Of a stretch of DNA of 64,000 nt, positions 13,658 to 25,600 are shown piece after piece. The stretch lies in the NCBI GenBank assembly GCA_964035545.1, contig OZ037766.1, positions 6,562,722 to 6,626,721 on the forward strand, written 5' to 3'. Each line of letters starts with the position of its first letter. Position 1 is the stretch's first letter. Origin of the DNA: Bugula neritina. Taxonomy: Eukaryota; Animalia; Bryozoa. Both the position numbers and the translations under genes were made by a program. Under the pieces are notes generated by a model. It searched no databases. It worked only from the letters and a program-made list of their open reading frames with translations, and was not told where the DNA came from.

Positions 13658-16600
13658 TATACATGGTATGGTATACTATACTATACTATACTATAGAAAA
13701 GATACAATAGATTATACAACACATAAATATCACTATGCTATATATGACTATTACTGCAATTGGGGCTTTAGTATGTTTAGTTGCATCAAGTACTAGCCAT
13801 AGTGAACTGTCATTTGGCACAGTAAACCTAATGTAGACTAGAAACAAGACGCAGTGTGCATAATACAATCCTCTTAGCATTACATTGCTGTATGATGCAT
13901 GTGTAGAAAAAAACAGCTGATTGTACTATATGGGTCTGTTAATAGTACCTAGCAACTCTTGTTACTAACTCAGTTTAAAACTAAAAATTGTTAAAGTATT
14001 TCCAAGTACGATGTTGTCAACAGTTCAACAAATTTGCCACATCTGTTTTATGATATTTGGTTGGCATACGATAATATATTTGCACTCGGCACACCCGGTG
14101 TAGGATTTACAAAAGGTAAGAAAAGTGAGAAATACTTGTATCACATTCAGACGTCAACATACCGCTAGCCCATCTAGATCCAGACTGGCACACATAGACT
14201 TAGAGACTTGACTTCTAATGGTTAAAGGTTTGGAGGGATCATGATCTTTTATATCACCACCCAAGCTGATTTGCAAAGGCTGATCTCCTATTGTCCTTTC
14301 TATTATGGCTGACTTCTGCTCTGAAATCTCACCTTGAAGTGTGGTAGTATGAACAGAGATTTTGTACGAGTGGCCGGCGATCATCTGGTAACATATTACG
14401 AATAAGATTAATATAAATTATTTATGAATGATGAATTAAAAAAATTTTGTAATAAAATTAGGTGTATTGGCTAAAAGAATGTTGTAAAATATTACATTAT
14501 ATATTACTAGCAGAGATGGCAAAAGAATAAAGGAAATATTTACATCATCTGAAGTAAGCTGCAGCTGGTTTGTAGTGACGAGTTGAAACTTGTCTTTCAT
14601 GTCCTGCAAGTTACTCAGTACTGCACCATCAGTAGAGTCACTGTCTAGCTCGATATCCCAGACGTACGTCAGCTCAGCGCACCCACCGCCCTGGAACTTA
14701 GCTCTACAACCACAAACTTCATGCAAACACACAGACGCAGACGTATCATTTTCCATATCTGATAATAATACTTGTAAGCATTATCAACACTGACAGACGC
14801 TTGCCTCTTTCAAGCTAAAGAAACATTAAAAGAAATTAAAACTAAGACTCACTTGACAGTATACGAACACATATTATTTGCCACATCTGATAATAATACT
14901 TGTAAGCAAAAGAAACAATAAAAGAAATTAAAACTAAAACTCACTTGACAGTATACGAATCACAGCTTCCGATGGATGAAGGGCATTCGAGTTTTTCAAA
15001 TTTGACAGACTTCTCATTGCTAGCAGTCACCTACAGACATAGGAAATTGAAAATAATTTATGATTTTCAATAGAATTATTTTTATAACAGAACATGTAGC
15101 TACATGTAGCTGAATGAGAATCTTGAGAAAGATGCTGTCTTTATAGTTGTGTGTGTGTGTGTGTGTGCGTGTGTGCGTGTGTGCGTCTTTGCGTGTGCAA
15201 TTTAAAATACTCACCACGCGACTCCCAGACACGTGATTAGCACTGCCATCTGTGCCCCGCTGCCTCAGTTTGTTCTCCTTTATGTCTATAGAGTCATCAG
15301 GAGACAGACTGGAACTTTTTCCAAGTTTAATTTTCAGGTATTTACCTCCGACACTGCATTCTGGGGCTGCAAGAACAAAAGATAAGCTCCAAATCTGCAG
15401 ATAAGAAAACGAATCCTTCAAACTTAAAAAAAGATTATTGAATTGACTTTAGCAGATAAAATATAATTTATTATATCAGCAAGATATTTGTATACCCATA
15501 TTACAACTAAGTAATTATAATCTAAGAATGTTGATGTAACACATGCATATCTCAATAGCTTAAAAGATGCTATAATAAGAACTAGCACAACATTTATAAG
15601 TAAGTAACCAGTTAGGTATATCACCACTGGATAAAGCGTAACACATTACTAGATTAAACAGGAGAAATAAACATACAATCGCCAAGCTTAGCAACAGTCT
15701 GTGAGGAAAGAGCGTCAGCACAGGAGTCTACCTCTGTGATGGTGTCACTGAATGTCAGCACAACCCTGCAGCCTCCAACAAACTCGGCGCTGTCGAATGT
15801 TGGAGCTGGTCCAACCAGACTGAATGACAGCTGGTCGTTTGGCATTCTGCATTCATAATGTAAAGGTGAAAAATTAAGGATGAAAAATCAAAATAGACTT
15901 GCTATTTGAGCTTATGTCACAAAATAATTGAAAATAAAGTAAAAAAATGAAATAGTATTTCAAATCGCAAATTATATTCAGTTTTTCCAACTGAAAAATG
16001 AAAACATGATTTAAATATTTATGTATTATTTGTCATTGACATCCATAGCTCTGTTGAAAAATGCTATCAAGTTCAAATGGCAATGCAACATTTCAATATA
16101 ACATCTTAATGCGCTGTTCCACATGATGTATGACATATAATAGCATAGTAGTAGTTTCGATGTGTATATAAAGTTTGAAAAAAGAAAACTGCAAAACAGT
16201 AAAACTTACTTTATTCCACGTGTAGGCTTGGCTAGAGCTACACCTATTTGAGTGGTGAACGAAATTTTAGCACTTTTACGCAACTTGTCAGGAATATTGC
16301 ATATTACTTTACCATTATCTACAAACTAAGAATATAAGAAGCGATATTAGTACCGTTTACCTCAGCTCTCAATACATGTATTCTTGCTACTAGATATCGA
16401 CACTACTATAACTACGTTTCGTTTTAATTTATAGACATTGTCTTAAAGTATCCGGATTTCAAGCGTACAAACAACTGCACAAGATGGGTTCTATACTTAA
16501 CTTTCAGCTTACATTTACATTTACTGTGTTTCCATTGCTTTTAATGGATCCGAGTGGATGCTAGTAGGATATATTTGTGTTTGCAGCTAACATGAACTTA

Positions 16601-19600
16601 TGGTTGTGGTTTCATTTGATTCATCTGTTTCAAAAAATAATTGGAAAAAACTCACTTGCTCAATGTAAAGCAATGGAAACGCAGCGAATAAGAAATTGAT
16701 GATGTACGACTTACGGTAGCTTCAAAGGTAGCCACTTTCAATGTCATGCACTCTTTGGTTATTGTAATAGTGCACTCAGCAAAACAATACAGACTTCCTG
16801 TGTCCTGAAAACCACTGCCAGTGATTGTCAGCTGCAATATTCAGCAGCGGTTAAATATCATCAGCAGCTACGTTCAAAAAGTAACGCTTTTGAAAAAGAA
16901 ATTTAGAAAGTAAAGCAAACGAAATAATCATTATTAGACACTCAAGTACCAGCAGCTTATTAACTTGAAATTAATAACTTTACAATTTCATGAGTAATTT
17001 ATTTAGAGGTTACACCTGCAAAACACTGTCTCCTAGTTTTTAGATAACAAGATGGGTAATAGTTGCTCAGTATATAAAGTTTTCTCGAAACCCATCGCAA
17101 AAATTGAAATTATCCATAGATCTAATGGCATAAAAATTACAAGATACAAAAAATATTTAAATATAAAATGTGTTTGCTCACATACCCTATAGCTTGCCAC
17201 TACATTAAAAACAACTTTACAAAATCTTGAAGCTCTTTCGACATTATTAAAGCCAACTACCACAAGCATCATCATTATTGCAATTCACTAGCTCAATCCA
17301 AACATTTGCAAATGTTGGAAAACCCCCGAATCTTACCTCACTGGGTATAGCATCTAGGTCAGCTGAGCTGGGAGTTATTGAGGAGAGTGAAGGGAAACTG
17401 TAGATGGTTAGTTTACTCGTTGCAGTAATGGAAACTGGTTGATCTTCACCTTTTTCAGGAAACTTGCAACTGCAAAAACAGTAGAACTAAACAATACCTA
17501 GTTTATTCTCACCATATTAATTTTAGTCTTTGCGGGTAACGAGATTCTGCATAGCCAACTCAGTCAACTTGCTTATACAATTTATTTATAAATATACAAC
17601 ATAGAGTAACACTAAAAGAGTGTATAAAATTATATGCAAGAAACAAGAAGTAAAGAACTATAAAGAAGTAAAGAAGTAAAAGAATGTATAAAGTACATTA
17701 TTAAACAGTTTGATTAAAACCAAAACTCTCACTACATGTAATTAGAGCCATTTTTGAATCTTTGTAACATCAGAAATTATTTCCTTTCGAAAATTGGAAC
17801 TTTATAAAAGTTAATTTCACAAAAAAACATAATGAAAATAACTTTAGCAAAATTATACGTAGAGTGAGTTGGTTCACAGGTGACTCTGATTGGTTAGTTT
17901 TTATCATACCTAATAGTAAAAGTACCAGCTGCTTCATAAGCCCCATAAGAGAGAGTGAAAGTTCCCTTCTTGGCTGAGTAATCGGATACTTGTAGGAAAG
18001 TAGAAGCTGAAGTCTCTTCGTTAGTGATTGAGCATTCTGGCAGCGAGAACTTATCTAGACCAGCACCGCTGACTTCCAGTTCTCCAGAAACATCCACATT
18101 TCCAGATTTGGGAGTAATATCAAATTTTCGGCATCCTATGTAAAAACCACATAGTATTGGCAAACAAACTATATTAAGTTCTATATTTGTATTTATCTGC
18201 ACATAGATTGAGTCGCTAAAACACAATAAAGACTTCCACAAGTTATGAAAATCCTGCGCAGATATATTAATACGCTTAAATCTACTATTTCATTGTTTTT
18301 CATAATTCAAAAGATTTTAAACAAACAGTGGGTTTTGCACACTTATAACACAAGAGCTGCTATTGCGTGCGGCTCTAAAGGTTTGGTCATTTCTTAAGAT
18401 TTGTATTGCTTAAAAAACTTTCAAATTTTCTTAGCATAGTTATTATTAAATATAAGGGTTGTAAAACTAGAGAAACTTTTTGCACAGAATTCATTCAAAG
18501 CTGCAAACACCTTTATTGAATTCAGGGTCGTTAGGTTGGAGGCAGTTTCCACAATCATCTTCCTCGTTAGTCCCACCAGATTCAGCATAACAACTGCTGC
18601 AAGTGTCACTATTGCCATTGCACACGCCACACGCATCCATATCCTCATTAAAAGTTTTCCCTGTTTGCCCTCCAGTGCACACACCACAGCTGTAAATAAA
18701 GCAAAATCCTCGAACTATAGAGCAGTCTTATGTATAATAAGTGTGCACCTGATGACACAGAAACTTTACAAAATTAACTTGAAACTATCACGGCAAGCAT
18801 ATAACTTATAGTATAGCATGATAAGGTATTGAAACATTGAAAATCCCACGCATCAAACTCCGAATGATTCAAATTGTATTCAACGCCAGAACATGACTCA
18901 CTCATCAATTTTGGCTTCACTATTCCATACACCGTCACAGAACTCCCTTCGCATAAATTTCTGAACATTCATATTTGACGGGTAACAGCCATCATCTAAG
19001 TTTGCAAATTGTCTGTATGAGTTATCGCAACCGCCATTACAGTCGACGCCTTCATTCTCCACGCGATTAGTTCCCCCACCCACGCAGATGCTACATTTAT
19101 TGTAAATAGCATCTACAACAACATTGGCCTTAGAAAGATACACAATTTTACAAAGCACTTTTTCTCTGTAATACAAATAAACCTTATGTATGTTATTAAA
19201 CACTCATTGCAGATTAGCTAAAACTAACCCTAATATATATATTTGAAACCACTTTTACAATTGTGTGCTTTTTTAAAAATAACCTTATACTATTCTAATT
19301 TTGTAAAAGCAAATATTCTTACACCTATTGCAGATGTGAAGTGATCAAATACACTAAAATCTAAATAAACACTAAGCTTGAAGTCAATTAGCTAAAAGTC
19401 AAACTTAGCTAATCACATCAAGCTTATTATTATTATTACTATAGTTATAATAATAAAAAATTAAACCAAGAATAATAGTTACTTACTTTGGTTTAGCTTA
19501 TTATCATTATTGGGAAAAAAAACTTGAAAAATATTTACAGACGTCTGCTTACCTCCATCTTTGTCACCATTGCAGTCGACACAAGATTTACCATCCCCAC

Positions 19601-22600
19601 CGCACACGCCGCACACATCATCCACCAGAGGAGAAGAAGATATCACACCCTTACAGTTGACTTTCATAGCATTTCCCGTCATGTATGCTTGGGACAGCAC
19701 GTAGTCCGTATCAATGCACTCCTGCAGGCCAACAATTTTATTCAAAAAGCTGGTAAATGACAACAAGTTTAAAAGAAAATTCAAAAATCAGAATAAGTGG
19801 ATCTATTGGCTACCTCACAAAATGGTAGGGTGATAGAAAGACGATCCCCGGCCTTGTTATCTTTGTCTTCTTCAAAATCCCAGGCTAGGAAACTGTAACC
19901 AGTTGCCTCATTTCTGCTCCAGAAACTCTCTCTACAGAGTTGTAAGAAGACAAAGTCATACTTGCACCTCACAGAGACAACTTCTCTAGTTGTCTTGACA
20001 TGAGAACAGCTATTTCAATGCTACTGTTGTAGAGAGATATAGTGTAAGAGACAAGAAAATTATGAAAAAAATTCTTCGAGTAAAACTAGTAACAAGAAGT
20101 TTGTTTCTACACTAGGGTTATCACAATTATTTCGAAAAAAAAGAGATTATAATGTGTATGCTGAAAGTGGTGTAGACACAAACCAATAACTTAAGAGCTA
20201 GGCTGCTGGGAAAATTGACTGCAGCTTCTAGAAAGTTGCCTTTATAGCAGTAGTTGAAATGACATACAACTCTATTAGAGTAGTTTGTAAAAGGACAAAC
20301 CATAACATGATTTGAAAACAAGCAAACTAAAATTTCTCAAACACTCAAGCATCATGACTAGAAGCAAGTATGATGGAATGCATATATGAACACATAACAT
20401 GAGAGTGTGTTATATGTGTAGACTTGTATAGCAAGCTGACAACGTACTCATCTGTGGGTTGGTAGCGTACTAATGCATCAGGTGGCAACAGAAGACACTG
20501 GTGGTCATACAAACTACACCGTTCTTTTAATGTCCCTGCATCAGCTTTAGCTAGTTCTGCTCGCAAATCTTTTAGATCAGTTACCCCACAATCCTGCAAT
20601 GAAAACAAACCAATTTTATAAATACATTGGGGTTTTCTTCTCGGAAATCTGATTTCAAATATATTTGTGTCATGTTGACAAAAATTAAGTCAAGTTTACG
20701 ACATGTTTTGACATATATTACATTATTTATAGGTTAATAATGCAGAAGATAATAACTTATATATTATAATGATACACATCTGCTAGAAATAACAGGCGAA
20801 CTTATGCTGAATGATTTTATTATTAATACTTCAAAGGATCTCGTATGCCTGGATATACGAAGCTATTGTTTAGTCATAAACTGAAAATCCAACATAAGTT
20901 GAAAAAAAAATGGGGAAAAAAGCACAATCTGAAAATATTAAACTGTCCATAAAAATGAGAGTGTAAAGTGTGTAAAGTGTGTAAAGAGTGTAAAGTGTGT
21001 AAAGTGTGTAAACTGCAAAGAGTGTAAAGTGTGTAAACTGTAAAGAGTGTAAATAATGCAAGGAGTGTAAAGTATTACATCTGCTATCTTCTTCACATTG
21101 AATGCTGCAAAAGCCTTCCCACCAGGATTCGGATCATCTATCTCAATTTTTACCCAAGTTTCGGAGCCAGAGAGTTTATACTCGTACCATCCTAGGTCTG
21201 GAAGAACACAAACTAATTGCTGATTATCCAGTTACAGAAAAACAGCATTCTACAGTTTATATTACAGATCACACAGCTCTTTGCGCACAATACAAAGCTT
21301 TGAAAACACACACACAACACACACACACGAGCGCACACAAACATGTGCAAACGAACACACCCAAGTTTTGATTCAACAATATGTATACGTAGTTAGAACT
21401 TAAGTTGCAGTGCATATTTGTACAAAAACACAGGCACCACACATAAACACACACACACAGTTTTATCCTTGAAGCAGACAACTTTGTACTGCTATATTAC
21501 GCTTTGCACATGAAATGTAAATAAACACACCAGATTCTTGAGCTCTTATTACACACATTCCCAGCAGTGAGTTCTCTGCATCAGAAAAGAAACTCGAAAC
21601 AGCCTCATGTACTTCAATGCCTTGATTATCGTCTGCATTCAGAGGCACCTTTACGGTGGACCAGGCGGAATCGGCTAGACTTCCCAACGCCATTTCGGCC
21701 AGCACTAAGTCCGAGATGCGAGGGGCATCGTTTACAGCCTCAATCTAAATACACAGTAACAACTGTATTATATTATGTCATCCTATATGAAGGTCTTTCA
21801 GAAGAAATGCATACATCATTGGAAGTAGTGACCAAAGACGTATGAAAAGCTCAAAAATACATGCAGATTGTCACTTGCCAGTAGATAACACCAATTAAAA
21901 ACCATTACATCTATTTCAAAATCATAATTGCTAAAAATGCTTCTTTTAATAAAAATCTGCCACTAGACAAGGCTGGTAGCAATAGCAAAACTGAATGTTT
22001 TAGGAAATATTTACCAAATAGGATTTATTATAACTGGTTATACTAAGTGTAATATAAACAGGTGTTTTCAAATATAAAACTAAAATAAGCCACTTTGGAA
22101 TTGGCTTACTTTTACAGTGAATCGAATGCTATTCTTCGACAAATCATTCTCCGACACATCTTTTGTCCTCACAGGTAAAGACCCGCTCCAGCCTTTCACC
22201 TCCAGTTCGAAGGAACCAAAGTAGTCCTTTTCAGGTACAAACTTGAGGGTTTTACTTCCCAGAGTTCTATCCATCACAGAAATCAGCTCCCATGAGTCTT
22301 CATCATCTGCAAACAATACGCTGCTTGTATCGAGATCATGCTGTCAGCTAGACATGCATATTTTATCAACTTGTGTGATACGCTTCAACTTAGTAGTTGT
22401 TCCCCCTTTTTTAACATAGCATACTGAATGCTGAGTTATGATATTTTAGTTTGTAGGACGTCTAATGTTTTTATAGTGTTTTACTTAAAGTAGTGAAATC
22501 CTTTATTTTGTGTTTTCTCAAATTTAGGTAAATATTTATAACATTAAACAGTTTATAGATTGTTGCAAATAAATTAGCAAGTCTACTTGACGCGATGTAG

Positions 22601-25600
22601 AGATATTAACGAGGCAAGAGCATTAAAAGTCTATTAAAACAGTTGAAATTTGACTTTTCTCTATAAAGAAAACTGTAACTTCCTGTTATACCAATATAGT
22701 AGTGCTTATACCCTATCAAAAACTTCATGCAGACAAGGGACAACTCCTTATAGATATTCATTCGACAATACTACAGTTAGGATTTAGACTCTGGGGTGAT
22801 ACATTGCATTGCTCAAGAGTGACCCAGAGTCGTTTGACGTGACATTGTAGTTGAGGAAGTTATTTTTTGTTATTAAAATGCTAAGTTAGTTTGCATAGAG
22901 GGAAGCAATAATTTGTTTAGAAAGGTTGCATACCATCTCCAGAATTTTTGTTTTTGCCAGCAGAATTAGAAGCTCCGCCAACAGATATGCTCTCTGAATC
23001 TTTGGCCAACTCCTTGAGACTGAACTTGCCCACTTTTTTCTTGAGCTCACTTACAAACGAAACAGATATGCCCATCTCACTATTGCCCTGCTCTGTCAAC
23101 TGGGCTATCTTCTCATAGTATCTAGTGATGGTATCAATACCGAACTCGCTCTGTATCAGGCAGTTGTCACTAGCATCCAGGTCTACAGACAATGAGTGAT
23201 TAGTAATTACAGTATTTTAACTCTTGGAGTATGCTGCAACTATGATTAGTGATTCACAATTATATATCAAAGAGGTGTACATTTAAAATATTAAAATTAT
23301 CAAGACACAATTTTTTCACATATCCGGTAAAATGGATAAATAAAAAGAACTTCGTGAATTGCAAGATTGCATTAAAGTGAGTTCAGTGAAAAAATTGAGA
23401 AAAACTGTACGTAGTAGCTATCCCAATTCTTTAAGAACTATTGGCAAGATTGTATGCATTTACTACATACTCCCAGTTTCATTGCAAAAATACACATGCT
23501 GATAAATGCGGTACAAACATTACAAGTTAAAGCATGAGATATAAATAACATAAAGTAAACAAAAATTAAAATGTAGTCAAAATTTAAGTAAATAAAGCCA
23601 ATACTACCTTAAAACCAGGTTGTGATCTATTAGCTAATAAAATACACATGTACGATGGTTAGTTGAGTGAGAAGGCAGGTTAAGAGAAACTGCCATAGTA
23701 TTTTGACAGTTAGTGGTAAGTGATTGAATAGAAGTAGCAACAAGTTGGCTGCTACAGCATACTATAATCATGTATGTGAGCTGGAAACAGTAGAATATAC
23801 CAACCCTTGGGGGTCAGATCTGTAGGGTTAGAAACTGTAACAGGGAACTCTATCTCTGCCGGCACATCTTCTTGCAATGTTATGACTCGTGACGCGTTAT
23901 CATTCAGAGTAATATTCGGTTGAACTTTAGTGGGAAATATGATGGCAACCAGAGTGTGTATGTCACCATCTACAAAGCAGGGTCCGAAATAATACCTTGT
24001 ACAGTTGAAGTGACTTTCTTCTACATATTTATTGTTTTAGGCCAAACAAATCTATGATGTTTAGGGAAGTGATAAAAGTAATATCTCTACTCGAAAAGCG
24101 AATAAATTTCTTGATTACAACCCTATAACAGTGGTGTCTAACCTTCATCAGTGGTGTTCACTTTAGCGATACCGTGGAAGGTAATATTGTCTGGAATGCA
24201 GGCTATTTTAGTCTCAAGGTCAAGTTGCTCTTGATTCTTGATGGCAGACCAAGTTCTCACGACTTGTGTTTTAACAGAATCTTTACCTTGAGCATTATCT
24301 AAACATGAAATATATTTATGTGAATTACATGACTTAGAATGTTATTTATAGCCTTAAAAATAGAATATTCATGTAGCAACTTATAATATATATTTGAAGT
24401 AGTTAAATAAATTATTAAATACATTACTTTGCACATGCTGGAATTTTAGAGCATCACCGATGTAAATATTGTCATCATAAACATCACAAAGTTGGTTAAA
24501 TCTTTTAAGCTGCTGTTACATACTGCTTAGCCCTAAGGCTAAGATATACAATCAAATTAAAAAGATGATAGAATTAGACACTTAAATTATCTTTAGTATC
24601 CTAAAGAGTAGAAAAGATATGACTCTCAAATTTTCTGAGATTTGCAAAGAAATGAAAAAACCACAACAGACACATCTCAACTCAACACGTATGACAAGAT
24701 CAGCCAAGAACTAACCAGATGCTTTTTCAATCTCCTCTTCTACTTCTTTAACTACCTTCTTCCAAGTGCAACCTTTAGTGGCAGAGCTAATATTAAACTT
24801 TAGAGTTTGCGGGATGTCCGTTTCATCTACCTCCTTGAACAAAGAGCCGACTTTACCAGTGTTCATAGAAATAGGCTCAGGGTCCTCAGAAGCTTCATAG
24901 GTTGTGATCCTGCAGAGGTTAGGCTGGGAGTCATCCAATGCCTCAGAGCTAAAGTCTATCGAATAATACAATGTAAGCCATGACTATGTGCCAATACAAG
25001 AGACTACACAGGGCCAGTACAGGTATCAGTAGCGGATATGGTACACCTACGGCTGCAACAAAGGCATCTAACACTGCGCTGAAATATCCATTCTAGATAT
25101 TCCAGTCGATGTTTGGAAACAGTTGCATTGAATGAAACCACAACCATAAGTTGTCGCAGACCGCAATCACAAATTCATTTGTACGAATCCATTTGAAGCA
25201 ATGAAAATGCAGTGTACATGAAAGCAGCTATAAATAATGACAAATTTCTAAAAAATTCTTTTTTTTTCATAAATGTAGTTCAATGCATTAACTACAAGAA
25301 AAATAGCCCATGTGCTGTACAAATTAACTTTTCATTCAGTCATTGATTAGTTTAATACTTGTGGCTGCAGCCAAACACATGAGACCTTCATAGTTTCACA
25401 AATTATATAATAACAATAAATTCAAGGCCCTAATAGAAACTTATTCTTTCGAAAAGTGAAGTACAAATTAAATTAGAAGAAATGTCACACTGTAAAATAA
25501 TGGAACAGCTATACATACCCACACCACAGTAGGAGCCACCGCAAGCATTCTCACAGCACTTCTGCAGACCCGAGCACCCCTCATTGTCGTTGACACAGAG

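Noticed and set aside
14704-14758. MENDTSASVCLHEVCGC extension of ORF 14436-14756
   Set aside because: The phase fits only the acceptor at 14704, so this stretch is intronic.
19814-24955. Bacterial contamination as the source of the VNDAP-type repeats
   Set aside because: The repeats are split by canonical spliceosomal introns and are in phase with the flanking animal-type exons.
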